Source of the DNA: a bacterium
GTDB lineage: Bacteria; Zhuqueibacterota; Zhuqueibacteria; Residuimicrobiales; Krinioviventaceae
Direction: 5' to 3'
Assembly: GCA_963674595.2 (NCBI GenBank)
Contig: CAXXFV010000029.1
Coordinates: 184,600-248,599 of the forward strand
Length of the DNA: 64,000 nucleotides
Part shown: piece after piece, positions 1 to 9,478 of the stretch
Layout: every line of letters starts with the position of its first letter
Numbering within the stretch: the stretch's first letter is position 1
Position numbers and translations under genes: made by a program
Notes under the pieces: model-generated
What the model was told of the DNA's origin: nothing
Database searches by the model: none
The model's input: the letters and a program-made list of their open reading frames with translations, nothing else

Positions 1-63
1 GAACTGGACAACGCCAAACGCGCCGCCCTGCGCAAAAAAGAAAAATACGGCGACAGCGAATAG
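1..63 (+). CDS. 3' end of a gene running in from the window edge (ELDNAKRAALRKKEKYGDSE*)
   Basis: Open frame from base 1 to TAG at 61-63, followed by a long GC-rich hairpin. Confidence 0.5.
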   Translation, partial: ELDNAKRAALRKKEKYGDSE

Positions 64-95
64 ATTTTACCGCATCACTTACACATCATCACCTG

Positions 96-141
96 CGGGT
101 TTTGCCTCCCCCCTGTTTTGCTTACTGGGAGCCAAAACCCG
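96..141 (+). terminator. Stem-loop, possible terminator
   Basis: GCGGGTTTTG-CTCCC...GGGAG-CAAAACCCGT inverted repeat just after the stop codon. Confidence 0.45.
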
Positions 142-224
142 TACGGTTTATTATCCCCTGTACATTATCAACACACTTTCCCCGAACCGGCACTCTCAAT
201 AGATTAAAAAACCTCAATTACCCC

Positions 225-253
225 TTGCGCGGGTTTAAAATTATTTGTAAAAT
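225..253 (+). promoter_or_regulatory. Sigma70-type promoter
   Basis: TTGCGC-N17-TAAAAT; same -35 hexamer as repeated-element copies 3 and 4. Confidence 0.5.
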
Positions 254-375
254 AAATTAACGGGGCAAAGGACGTTTGTCCTGTTTTTCCACTATTATTT
301 TTGGGTTCGAGATATATAAAAAAATGATTATGTCCTATTAGAAATTAAACTCCTGTTGTATCTTTGTCATATTTA

Positions 376-1008
376 ATGGAGGAAAGAATTATGATTATTC
401 GCAAAAGGCCAGGATTTAGGAGTACGGATAGCAGCATATATCTTGTAAACATAGGAACAAACAATCAAGCTGAAAAGAGCCAGCCTTCCGGGCACCTTAA
501 AAAATCAGCATTTATACACGGGAGAAAAATTTTGACAAGGGGTATACTTTTTGTGTTTGTGCTCATTTTTTGCAGTTATTTCAATTATTTACGCGGATAT
601 AATATTGGAGTATCATATACATTAATTCAAGCGGAGATTATAAATAAAGATAATTCTCCAATTGAAATTATGGAATATACCGCCAGTATCTCACATGGCG
701 ATAATCCTTCTTATAATAACGGACTCAAACTTTACAACAAAAGTAATAAAAAAATTATACGTTTTGATATTCAATTTAAACTTTACGATGTTTATGGTGA
801 ACTTTTAGAGACATTAATAGGATATAGTACCAAGCCTATCGAAGGTGGCAATTTTTTAACAACTGATTGGTGTTTTGAAGAAAATATAGAAAATGAAGGT
901 ACCTTTATAAGTTTAAGAAGAGACGTCTCAACCGGGCACAAAACATTTGCAAGCGTTTCAAGACTTGCCTTTGAAGACGGTACGATTTGGCAGGCAGATT
1001 CAAACTGA
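376..1008 (+). CDS. Hypothetical membrane-anchored protein (beta-sandwich, FxLYD/DUF5780-like)
   Basis: One TM segment followed by 'NKSNKKI..F.I.F.LYD.YGE' and 'AFEDGTIW'; start codon uncertain. Confidence 0.6.
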   Translation: MEERIMIIRKRPGFRSTDSSIYLVNIGTNNQAEKSQPSGHLKKSAFIHGRKILTRGILFVFVLIFCSYFNYLRGYNIGVSYTLIQAEIINKDNSPIEIMEYTASISHGDNPSYNNGLKLYNKSNKKIIRFDIQFKLYDVYGELLETLIGYSTKPIEGGNFLTTDWCFEENIENEGTFISLRRDVSTGHKTFASVSRLAFEDGTIWQADSN

Positions 1009-1075
1009 TAAGGATTATTTCCTCGCCACGGAGATAGTGCCGTGTTATTCCTGTGAAACAGGAATCCAGATAAAA

Positions 1076-1155
1076 GCAGGGTGCTGGTTATGCCGCACCA
1101 TTCGGAGATCCATAAAATAAATACAGTTCAGTGGTGAAGCAAAACTACACCCTGC
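1076..1155. repeat. GTAG-type REP doublet (REPIN family A), copy 1
   Basis: GCAG-GGTGCTGGTTATGCCGCACC, ATAAATAC spacer, inverted partner GGTG...CACCCTGC. Confidence 0.7.
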
Positions 1156-1246
1156 AACTTAGCAGGCGATATTGTAATACTTATCTTTGAACTTGAGAAA
1201 AGGGCCAAAAATATTAAATTAGTCTATTATGAAAAATGGAGGCCCA

Positions 1247-1552
1247 ATGAGCAAACGAAGACGCTTTACTGCTGAAGAAAAAGTCCAAATTTTAAGAGAA
1301 CATTTAGAAAATAAGATCAGCATATCCGAAATAGCTAAACAATATAATATTCATCCTGTAGTTATACACAGATGGAAAAAAGAGCTCTTTGAAAATGCGC
1401 TTGACGGTTTTTCCGGCAAACATAAAAAGCGTAAAGGAAAATCTGTCAAAGAAGAACGTCTTGAAACCAAAGTCAGCAAAATGCAGGAAGTCATCACCGA
1501 ACTCTCCACAGAGGTCGTTGATTTGCGAAAAAAGTATTTTGGGGCAACCTGA
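1247..1552 (+). CDS. IS3 transposase OrfA (HTH)
   Basis: 'RRRFTAEEKVQIL...IAKQYNIHP..IHRWKK' HTH_Tnp_1 pattern; GGAGG RBS upstream. Confidence 0.9.
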   Translation: MSKRRRFTAEEKVQILREHLENKISISEIAKQYNIHPVVIHRWKKELFENALDGFSGKHKKRKGKSVKEERLETKVSKMQEVITELSTEVVDLRKKYFGAT

Positions 1553-2517
1553 AAAAGACATGGGTTGCTCCTGATGTTAGAGATGATGTTTTGTCTTCTC
1601 TGCAAACGTTAACGGCAAAGACCGGTGTTCCTTTGAGTTTATTACTCAAGACCATTGGTTTGTCCTGGACCCGGTACTATGACTGGCAAAAACGTTTTGG
1701 TCAACCAAATCAACATAACAGCGACACACCTCGCAGCTTTTGGCTGGAACCGTGGGAGTGTCAACGTATCATAAAATACAAAAAGGAACATATGCAGATC
1801 GGCTATAAACGACTGACCTATATGATGCTTGATGAAAATGTTGTTGCTGTGAGCCCGTCAACGACCTATCGTATTCTGCGGAACGCCGGACTCACAAGTC
1901 AATGGAATAACAGTACGTTACAATCAAATAAGAAAGGCTTTATTCAACCCAAAAGACCGCATCAGCATTGGCATATAGATATTTCCTATATTGCCTTTCA
2001 TGGTTCGCATCTCTTTTTGATTTCTGTACTGGACGGATTTTCAAGATTTATCGTTCACCATGAATTAAGAACTCATATGCAGGAATATGATGTCGAGATT
2101 GTACTGCAAAGAGCTTTGGAAAAATATCCAAATGAAAAACCTCGAATTATTTCCGATAATGGTTCACAGTTTATTGCCAATGACTTTAAATCTTTTTTAA
2201 GGTTAAATAATTTGACGCACGTTCGAACTTCGATTAATCATCCACAGTCGAATGGTAAAATTGAAGCTTTTCATAAAATCATTAAAAATGAATGCACCCG
2301 AATTCAAAGTATGATTAATCTGGAGGATGCCAGAAATAAAGTCGTACTTTATATCCATCAATACAACTATAACCGGTTACACAGTGCTATTGGATTTATT
2401 ACACCATTTGACAAATTATCAGGAAAAGCTGATAGTATTTTCAAAGAACGTGATATGAAACTTGAACAAGCCCGCCAAAGAAGGCAGGAAAACAATAAAA
2501 TTATAAAGGCAGCTTAA
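1528..2517 (+). CDS. IS3 transposase OrfB (DDE/rve), fused to OrfA by -1 frameshift
   Basis: A-AAA-AAG at 1528-1534 in the OrfA frame, with the -1 frame open into OrfB; WHIDISY, SDNGSQF and NGKIEAF catalytic motifs. Confidence 0.92.
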   Translation, partial: KKVFWGNLKKTWVAPDVRDDVLSSLQTLTAKTGVPLSLLLKTIGLSWTRYYDWQKRFGQPNQHNSDTPRSFWLEPWECQRIIKYKKEHMQIGYKRLTYMMLDENVVAVSPSTTYRILRNAGLTSQWNNSTLQSNKKGFIQPKRPHQHWHIDISYIAFHGSHLFLISVLDGFSRFIVHHELRTHMQEYDVEIVLQRALEKYPNEKPRIISDNGSQFIANDFKSFLRLNNLTHVRTSINHPQSNGKIEAFHKIIKNECTRIQSMINLEDARNKVVLYIHQYNYNRLHSAIGFITPFDKLSGKADSIFKERDMKLEQARQRRQENNKIIKAA

Positions 2518-2605
2518 AACTAACTTATTTCAAATATGCCTTTTCTCAAGTTTACCTTGAACCTTTACAATATGACTAATCATTCTTTCAACAAAGGAAT
2601 TATTA

Positions 2606-4135
2606 ATGATCAAAAAGATTAAATCTTTCCTGTTACTCAATTTTCTGCTTATTTCTTTTTTTTCTTGTAATTCATTAACTAAAAATGAAATAAATAATAA
2701 CGTTATCATAACAGGTCATATCGATCACTTTAATGAATACTCTAATAAATTTGTTTCAGTTAAAGCATTTGTAAATGAGTTTGCAAGCGGTGATCAAAAA
2801 GACTTTACTTCACTAATTAATGCAGATGGCGATTTTGAATTACAAATCAAAAAGGATTATCCTCAGGATATTTATCTGCTATATGCTGAAAGACTTTTTA
2901 CTATTTTTGTCGTACCAGGTGAAAAAATAAATACAAATTTCAATGCACGTCTATTAGCAAAAGGAGATGATATAAATAAGGCAATCACTTTTTCAGGTAA
3001 CAGTGCAATGCTAAACACAAATATCGTTAATTATCAAACACAATATTATCAATATGTTCCTGAAAAATTTCGTGGTGACCCAGACAAGATGGCACAAAAA
3101 TTAACACCTGATGAATATTCAAAATATATTTATAATCGGAGGGAAAAGCATCGTGAATTCTTGAATAATTTTATATCGAGAAATAAAGTAAGTGAAACTT
3201 TTATAAATTGGGCTACTTTTGAAATTGATTATGATTGTGCAGAAGCTTTATTAGATTATAGCAGTCAACAAAAAAAAAGAAGAAGAAAAGAAGGTAAATC
3301 TGATAACTACGATGCACCTGAATCATATTATAAGTTTGTTGAAGAATTTAAACTAGATAATAAAAAGGCTGTGATATCATCAGCTTATAAAAGTTACATT
3401 TCAGGATATAAACATTATTTAAAAAGAAAATATTTAAAAGAAGAAGATTGGAAGAATCGAAACACATTATACAAAAAATACTATGATATGCTTTCAAAAA
3501 ATGTACAAGGTTTTTGCAGAGAAGTTTTGTTAACACAATTATTCAGTGAAGTTTTAGAAAGCAGCTATTCAAATTCCTTAGACGATTATTATCAGTCTTA
3601 TCTAAAAACCGTTGAAACAGAATATTTAAAAAATTATATAGTCACTAAATATAATTTTGTTAATAGCGATACACTCATAGAATCACCTGAAAATGCGTCT
3701 CTAAATGAATTGACAGAGCAGGTTAATAAAGATTCTTTTTTATTATCAATAATAAATGAGCATAAAGGTAATGTTATTTATATAGATTTTTGGGCAACTT
3801 GGTGTGGTCCATGTTTAGCAGTAATGCAAATATTTAATAAATTACATGAAAAGTATAAAGGTAAAAACATTTCATTTGTTTATCTTTGTTCAAGATCATC
3901 AAGAAAAATGTGGGAATCGACAATTGCTGAAAAGAAGTTAAGTGGGCATCATTATTTTTTAAATAATAAACAATTTGAACTAATTAGCCCTTCATTCGGC
4001 ATTGTTAGTTTTCCTCATCATGCCATAATTGATAACAAAGGTAAGATAGTGAAAAAAAAGGCCGAAAGCCCAAGTATTGGTTATGGTAAAGAAATTAACC
4101 AAAAATTGATAAACGATTTAAATAATCTATTATAA
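2606..4135 (+). CDS. TlpA-family thioredoxin-like lipoprotein
   Basis: Lipobox FFSC; C-terminal 'YIDFWATWCGPC' and cis-Pro 'SFP'; AT-rich. Confidence 0.85.
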   Translation: MIKKIKSFLLLNFLLISFFSCNSLTKNEINNNVIITGHIDHFNEYSNKFVSVKAFVNEFASGDQKDFTSLINADGDFELQIKKDYPQDIYLLYAERLFTIFVVPGEKINTNFNARLLAKGDDINKAITFSGNSAMLNTNIVNYQTQYYQYVPEKFRGDPDKMAQKLTPDEYSKYIYNRREKHREFLNNFISRNKVSETFINWATFEIDYDCAEALLDYSSQQKKRRRKEGKSDNYDAPESYYKFVEEFKLDNKKAVISSAYKSYISGYKHYLKRKYLKEEDWKNRNTLYKKYYDMLSKNVQGFCREVLLTQLFSEVLESSYSNSLDDYYQSYLKTVETEYLKNYIVTKYNFVNSDTLIESPENASLNELTEQVNKDSFLLSIINEHKGNVIYIDFWATWCGPCLAVMQIFNKLHEKYKGKNISFVYLCSRSSRKMWESTIAEKKLSGHHYFLNNKQFELISPSFGIVSFPHHAIIDNKGKIVKKKAESPSIGYGKEINQKLINDLNNLL

Positions 4136-4167
4136 AAATGTAAAGCAGGTAACAAAGTAATACCCCC

Positions 4168-4863
4168 GCTCGCCCTGGAAAACATTTCCAGGGCGCAAAT
4201 CAGGCGGGGTATGTACCCCGATAAAACAAAATTTAAAGAAACCATTGTACAGATAAAATGAAACACTATAAAACCCAAAATGATTCTAATGTTTATTTTT
4301 CCACATGTACTATTGTGCAATGGCAATGTCTTTTTATAGAGCAAAAATATTTTCAGATAATAACAAACAGCTTAAACTATTGTATTAAAAACAAAGGACT
4401 GTCTATTATCGCGTATGTTATTATGCTTAACCATCTGCATTTAGTAACAGTTAATACAAAAGAAACCGTATTGTCCAACATCATGCGGGATTTCAAACGG
4501 TTTACATCCATACAGATTGCCGGACAATTGGAAAAAGACAACAAAAAATTGCTGCTGCATATTTTCAACAAAGCTGTGGAAGGCAGAGCAAAATCACAAC
4601 AATATAAAATATGGCAGGATGAATTCCATCCTAAAGCTGTTTATACACCCGATTTTTTAACACAAAAATTGGAATATATTCACAACAATCCGGTCAGAAA
4701 AGGACTGGTACAAGAACCTGAACAGTGGCGTTACAGCAGCGCACAAATGCTATTTATGAACGAAAAGAATGATGTAAACATTAATATGAATCTGCTATTT
4801 GAGGACTGATCAGGGCAAATGCCCCATTTTTTTAACGCCCTGGAAAAAATATCCAGGGCGAGC
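4168..4863 (+). mobile_element. RAYT (REP-associated tyrosine transposase) element bounded by palindromic ends
   Basis: Terminal GCTCGCCCTGG / CCAGGGCGAGC; hairpins at 4171-4195, 4205-4220, 4813-4824 and 4836-4860 flank tnpA. Confidence 0.85.
4258..4809 (+). CDS. tnpA: REP-associated tyrosine transposase (Y1 HUH, IS200-like)
   Basis: 'YF.T', 'AYVIMLNHLHL' HUH motif, 'IWQ..FH', 'YIHNNPV..GLV..PE.W.YSSA'. Confidence 0.92.
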   Translation: MKHYKTQNDSNVYFSTCTIVQWQCLFIEQKYFQIITNSLNYCIKNKGLSIIAYVIMLNHLHLVTVNTKETVLSNIMRDFKRFTSIQIAGQLEKDNKKLLLHIFNKAVEGRAKSQQYKIWQDEFHPKAVYTPDFLTQKLEYIHNNPVRKGLVQEPEQWRYSSAQMLFMNEKNDVNINMNLLFED

Positions 4864-4891
4864 AATTTTCTAACAAAATACTTTTAAGGCC

Positions 4892-5386
4892 ATGAAAATA
4901 TATCCTGTCACATTCGTTTTTATATTTACGGTATCGCTTACCTTATCGTGTATACGCCTTACTCTCAATCCGGATATTGATATTAAATCAAAAGTTATTG
5001 ATGCGGACACAAAGCAGCCGCTTAAAGGATGTGATATTATTCTAGTTGGTGTTTATTATCGGGTGACATCTCCACCGGATTATTTTTCGAATTGTGATAC
5101 GTTGAAAAACTCTGATAAATTTCAACCCATGCTCGAAAATTATATACGGAACTATAATCCTGAGGAAAAAACAATGTATAAAACGCAAACAGATGATAAT
5201 GGTGTATTTTTAATTACAAATATAAAACAAAAACATTGGTGGCCGATAGGTGTGGTAGATCCTCCTTTTTTTGTTGTGGTAGCATTAATAATTGAAAAAG
5301 ATGGCTATAATCGAAAAATTTTGGGTACAAGTAATACATGTAAAAATATTGATGCAACAATTGAGTTAAAAAGTTCGCATTTATAA
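4892..5386 (+). CDS. Hypothetical lipoprotein (carboxypeptidase-regulatory/transthyretin-like fold)
   Basis: Lipobox LSC; 'VIDADTKQPL.G', 'TDDNGVF', 'KDGY'. Confidence 0.65.
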   Translation: MKIYPVTFVFIFTVSLTLSCIRLTLNPDIDIKSKVIDADTKQPLKGCDIILVGVYYRVTSPPDYFSNCDTLKNSDKFQPMLENYIRNYNPEEKTMYKTQTDDNGVFLITNIKQKHWWPIGVVDPPFFVVVALIIEKDGYNRKILGTSNTCKNIDATIELKSSHL

Positions 5387-5400
5387 TCAGCACAGCAAAA

Positions 5401-5453
5401 ACAGGGCTTGCCCCTTATTAGTGGTCTAAAGACGGGGTATTTATCCCAAAATA
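5401..5453 (+). repeat. Degenerate RAYT-end fragments
   Basis: CAGGGCTTGCCCC and GACGGGGTATTTATCCC resemble the hairpins at 4811-4825 and 4205-4220. Confidence 0.45.
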
Positions 5454-5601
5454 AGCACAGAAAAGTAAAAAAATATAAATATGTTATTTGGGCAGGGCTT
5501 AAGTACAGGTAAATTATCGAACCTGGAAAAGAATATGAGTCAAGTGAATTTGGAATTTTAAATAATAAACAAGAAACCAAATATTAATTGAAAAAGGTAC
5601 C

Positions 5602-6393
5602 GTGATGTTTATCGCATACTATGACGAGTCAGGTGATGATGGATATCCATACTATTCATCTCCAATTTTTGTTTTAACATCCATATATCTTTATTATCTT
5701 AACTGGAAAGAAATTTATAAAAATATTAGAAATTTCCGGCACCAATTAAATGCTGATTTTGGAATTCCGGTAAAAATGGAGATACACACAAAATATCTTT
5801 TACTAAATAAGAATCCATATAGAAAATTAAATTTTTCTGACGATGATAGAATATTAATAATTGATTTATTTTGTGATTTAATATCCAGCCTGGAAATAAA
5901 AATCGTAAATGTTGTAATAAATAAAACAACTATTCAATCACCAGGTTATAAAGTATTGGATCGTGCTCTGACATATTCTATCCAAAGGATCGAAAATGAT
6001 TTGAATAAAATCGACCCGGCAAAAAAATTTCTTATTATAACGGATGAAGGCAGGGTCGGGAAAATGAAATATACTACAAGAAAAATCCAAAGATTAAATT
6101 TTATCCCTTCAAAATACAGCACAAATGTTTATCGGCAAGAAATTCTTTCTTTAATTGAGGATCCATTACCCAAAAATTCAAAAGAATCATATTTTATACA
6201 GTTGTCAGATTTAGTTGCTTATATTGTATACCTTTATTCAATTTTAAATTTAAAAACAGGAAATTTTTCAAATCGTCTACCAGACAAGGTAAATGAAAAT
6301 AAAATCATTGAATGGATGGAAAAACTTGAGGGAAGTTTGAATTTAGAAGCATCAAGCAGTGATAAATATGGTGTTGTCTGTTACCCAAAATAA
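5602..6393 (+). CDS. DUF3800 domain protein (RNase H-like fold)
   Basis: N-terminal 'YYDESGD', central 'ITDEG', C-terminal 'IQLSDLVAY' signature. Confidence 0.88.
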   Translation: MMFIAYYDESGDDGYPYYSSPIFVLTSIYLYYLNWKEIYKNIRNFRHQLNADFGIPVKMEIHTKYLLLNKNPYRKLNFSDDDRILIIDLFCDLISSLEIKIVNVVINKTTIQSPGYKVLDRALTYSIQRIENDLNKIDPAKKFLIITDEGRVGKMKYTTRKIQRLNFIPSKYSTNVYRQEILSLIEDPLPKNSKESYFIQLSDLVAYIVYLYSILNLKTGNFSNRLPDKVNENKIIEWMEKLEGSLNLEASSSDKYGVVCYPK

Positions 6394-6431
6394 AAACACC
6401 ACCTACGGCGCATTCGCACTTTCAGTGGTTC
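6388..6431 (-). ncRNA. Candidate small structured RNA convergent with the DUF3800 gene
   Basis: Minus-strand ACCACT/GGTGGT stem enclosing a GTGC-GAAT-GCGC hairpin, followed by a U-tract and preceded by a near-consensus promoter. Confidence 0.7.
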
Positions 6432-6437
6432 ATTAAA

Positions 6438-6466
6438 ATTATAATAAAATTAATTATAAAAGTCAA
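6438..6466 (-). promoter_or_regulatory. Sigma70 promoter for the antisense small RNA
   Basis: TTGACT-N17-TATAAT on the minus strand. Confidence 0.8.
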
Positions 6467-6597
6467 GTATTTTACCAGGTAATGATAATTAATTTTTTAT
6501 GCATCAGGAATGCTACCAAGGAAGCAATTAGCCGGGGGTTCCGGTCTGTGGGGATAAAAAAACAGTGGCTGGTCTTTATTAGCATCCCTCAGCAGCC

Positions 6598-6703
6598 TTT
6601 CGCCTCCGCTCGGAATGACGGATAGACAAACCTCAAGCGGACGCTGAGCGCGGTCGAAGCGGAATCAAAGCGGTGTCACCCTGAGCGGAGTCGAAGGGTG
6701 ACA
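6598..6703. repeat. Cluster of CGTC/TGTC-type REP palindromes
   Basis: TGTCACCCTGAGCGGAGTCGAAGGGTGACA (6674-6703), a related unit at 6642-6661 and an inverted unit at 6598-6620. Confidence 0.7.
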
Positions 6704-6712
6704 AAAAAAGGA

Positions 6713-6779
6713 CGGTTCTACCGCGCCATTAAAAGATCGATAAATACAACTAAACGATGCAGCAAAACGGCACACTGAC
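6713..6779. repeat. REPIN family A, copy 2 (5'-truncated)
   Basis: CGGTTCTACCGCGCC, ATAAATAC spacer, inverted GATGCAGCAAAACGGCACACTG. Confidence 0.65.
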
Positions 6780-6800
6780 TATTAAAAAAGGAATACATCC

Positions 6801-7517
6801 ATGAAAATTATAAGAATTGCTATTTTTGTTTTTACACTCTTTTCTATTTCATACGGACAAGATTCATTAAAAAATTCAATTACAACGTTTGGCACAGTTC
6901 AATTAAACATTCCGGCGGATTATGCGCAAGTGTCTTTTATCATTAATGCAAATGGATCAACATTAAGAGAAGCTGTTGACAAGGCGAAAAAAGTAGTCCA
7001 GTCAATTACCACTGATTTATTTGAAATGGGTCTAAGCAAGAATAGTATTTCCACAACTCACTTTTATAGCGGTGAAAATTTCGGGGGAAAATCTTTTTTT
7101 ACATCTAAAAATGACTATAAAACAGAGATAACTACTTTTGTTAGAGTTGACAGTCTTGATATTTTGGAGGATGTTGTATTAAAAATAAGCGATCATAAAC
7201 CGGACGAAATATCAGATATATCATTTCAACTAAATAATCCGGAAAATTATAAAATGAAGGCTATAAATGAAGCAATTAAAAAAGCAAAACAAAAAGCAAT
7301 TATACTGGCAAAAGAAATGGATGTAGAAATTGACAAACCGATAAAAATCAAAGAGCTATTCGTGTCACAAGAAGCAAATTACAATTTTCGTGGACAAAGG
7401 ACGAATCATTTAAATGCAGTTTATATGGTTGATGGCGTGGACCAACTTGGTCAATCGATATATTCTGAAAAAATTAAAGTCGAAGCCCAGGTAGAATTAA
7501 TTGTGCTAATCAAGTGA
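6801..7517 (+). CDS. SIMPL/DUF541 family periplasmic protein
   Basis: Signal peptide; 'ITTFG.V....PAD.A' and 'A...AK.KA..LA..M.V.I'. Confidence 0.85.
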   Translation: MKIIRIAIFVFTLFSISYGQDSLKNSITTFGTVQLNIPADYAQVSFIINANGSTLREAVDKAKKVVQSITTDLFEMGLSKNSISTTHFYSGENFGGKSFFTSKNDYKTEITTFVRVDSLDILEDVVLKISDHKPDEISDISFQLNNPENYKMKAINEAIKKAKQKAIILAKEMDVEIDKPIKIKELFVSQEANYNFRGQRTNHLNAVYMVDGVDQLGQSIYSEKIKVEAQVELIVLIK

Positions 7518-7662
7518 GTTCGTGATAGCTGCAAACAGGTTTTCTGCCCGCCCAGGCATTTTCTCAGGGCGTGAATAGCTGCGCGTAGTTAAAGCGGGAG
7601 CAAAAAGAAATCTCCAGGGTTAGCAGCCTGATCAAGTATAAATAAAAAACGGTAAAAAAATC

Positions 7663-8211
7663 ATGAAAAAAATAATTAAAAGTATTGCCTCAACTTTGCT
7701 TGCGTGTCTTTTTTACTGTTCAGCACAATATGTAAAACCGAATATTTCCGGCGCTCAGCTAGAATTTACAATCAGCAGTGATAATTCAATAGTAAACTCA
7801 CCGGACTCCTTGTTTAACGTATATTTAATGCTAACCAACAAGTCAACCCGGAAAATATGGGTAAAAAAAATGGGCTACATAAATTCCTATGGTGATAATA
7901 TATTTTTATACCTTCAAACACCGGATGGCAAATTGCTGGAATGGCCTGAAGGTTTTACTGAGCCTTTTTTACAAAAAATCTATTTTAAAAAATTAAATCC
8001 AGGTGATTGCATTATTGAAAAATATGAAATCGCGCTAAAATATTTTGTTTTAAGAGATACTACCAACCTTTGCTTTGAAAAACACGATTTTTCAAAAGGA
8101 TTGTATCAGGTAATTTGCATTTATGATAATGAACATTTCCCTTTTAGTATGAAATCTCCTTCGTTTGAGGGCAGGCTGGAAAGCAATAAATTGAATGTGT
8201 TATATCAATAA
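7663..8211 (+). CDS. Hypothetical lipoprotein/secreted protein
   Basis: Signal-like N-terminus with Cys; 'LTNKS', 'LNPGD', 'GLYQV', 'ESN.L' Ig-like pattern. Confidence 0.65.
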   Translation: MKKIIKSIASTLLACLFYCSAQYVKPNISGAQLEFTISSDNSIVNSPDSLFNVYLMLTNKSTRKIWVKKMGYINSYGDNIFLYLQTPDGKLLEWPEGFTEPFLQKIYFKKLNPGDCIIEKYEIALKYFVLRDTTNLCFEKHDFSKGLYQVICIYDNEHFPFSMKSPSFEGRLESNKLNVLYQ

Positions 8212-8266
8212 TTTAAAAAGCGCCATATCGTTAATTACTTTTTCAACAACATAAAGGCAACAACAA

Positions 8267-8797
8267 ATGGACATCCAAAATCTCAAAGAAATAAAACAAC
8301 AACTCATCACCGCATCCAATCCGGAATGGCAGAAAATTCTCGAATTAAGGTCTGCGGTACAAAAAGAGTTCCAGGACCATGAATCTTTATCCATACCCAC
8401 CTTTGCAAAAATATTAAACTGGAGACTGGAAAAAGAATCGCAAGCCCAAAAAATAATAGACAGCACGCCCGCTGATTTTTTAAAAAACATTACCCACTGT
8501 TATTACAAAACAGACTATCCCCATGACGAATTAAAAATCAAAATAAAAATGCACATCCTGCTCAGCATTCCCTGGATCGGCATCGGCATCGCTTCTGCGA
8601 TCATGGCTCTGCACGAGCCCCATCTTTATGGAACAATTGATGGACGGTCCTGGTCATCGTTATTTCAACAGCACAAAAAGACGTTGGCAATGAATGATTA
8701 TATAAAATATCTTGAAAACATTCGTCCGTTGGCTGAAAAAGCCGGTTGTGATGTTCAGGAGATTGATTATATTTTATGGAAACTGGATGGGTTATAA
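8267..8797 (+). CDS. Hypothetical protein with HhH DNA-glycosylase-like motif
   Basis: 'LLSIPWIGIGIASAIM...P..Y..ID.R' and 'EID..LW'. Confidence 0.55.
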   Translation: MDIQNLKEIKQQLITASNPEWQKILELRSAVQKEFQDHESLSIPTFAKILNWRLEKESQAQKIIDSTPADFLKNITHCYYKTDYPHDELKIKIKMHILLSIPWIGIGIASAIMALHEPHLYGTIDGRSWSSLFQQHKKTLAMNDYIKYLENIRPLAEKAGCDVQEIDYILWKLDGL

Positions 8798-8887
8798 ACA
8801 ATTACCCGCGTTTTATTTCAGGAATAATTTTATCATATTGGGTATTGGAATCCCTGGTCAAACGAACATTATTAAAAAAGGCATAAT

Positions 8888-9232
8888 ATGATAATAAGAA
8901 AAGAACATGCCGTCAAAATTGATTTTGACGGTTTAAACATAATGGATTATACATCAGGTCTTGATGAATTGTCATCTTTTGCTGTTATCAATGTTCCAAA
9001 GAACGTCAGGCATAAATTATCATGGTCAAAAAGATCTGATAAATATTATTATGTCATAGAAGGTGAGATAAAATTTTCAATAGATTCTGATTTGGTTATT
9101 CTTCATCAAGGTGATTTTTGCATTATAAAAAAAGGGACCCGGTTTTTTTATCACAACGAATCAGACCGTGATGTCAGGCTCATATTGGTCCATACTCCTG
9201 ACTTTGATATAAATGAAGAGGTATTTGAATAA
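8888..9232 (+). CDS. Cupin domain protein
   Basis: 'YYYVIEGE..F.I......L.QGD...I.KG......N' cupin motifs. Confidence 0.85.
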   Translation: MIIRKEHAVKIDFDGLNIMDYTSGLDELSSFAVINVPKNVRHKLSWSKRSDKYYYVIEGEIKFSIDSDLVILHQGDFCIIKKGTRFFYHNESDRDVRLILVHTPDFDINEEVFE

Positions 9233-9368
9233 ATTTATTAATGAATATACGATGAATTTATTAATTCCGTCATTCTATAAGAACCGTCCCGAAATAAAGG
9301 TCAGATTTTAAGCCAGGAAGGTACCTCCGGCATGACAATTCGGTTTTTTTAATTGCTACACAACTGAA

Positions 9369-9440
9369 ACAGGGTGCCGGTTCTACCGCACCATTCGTTA
9401 TAAATAAATACAATTAAAGGTATCGTTAAGCTGTATCCAA
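9369..9440. repeat. REPIN family A, copy 3
   Basis: ACAG-GGTGCCGGTTCTACCGCACC plus ATAAATAC spacer; degenerate inverted partner. Confidence 0.7.
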
Positions 9441-9478
9441 TGACTTTTTTAATTGTAAAAGTTTTTAATGGAAATAAA

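Larger units (their letters stand above)
1173..2569 (+). mobile_element. IS3-family insertion sequence, apparently intact
   Basis: 31-bp imperfect IRs (TGTAA...AACTTGAGAAAAGG) with TG...CA ends; ATAT duplicated at 1169-1172 and 2570-2573; orfA/orfB layout. Confidence 0.95.

Noticed and set aside
254-310. Fifth copy of the repeated promoter element
   Set aside because: It shares the TTGCGC-N17 promoter and short words (GCAAAGGAC, CTGTTTTT, TTTTGGGTT) but lacks domain 2 and colinear homology. At most a remnant.
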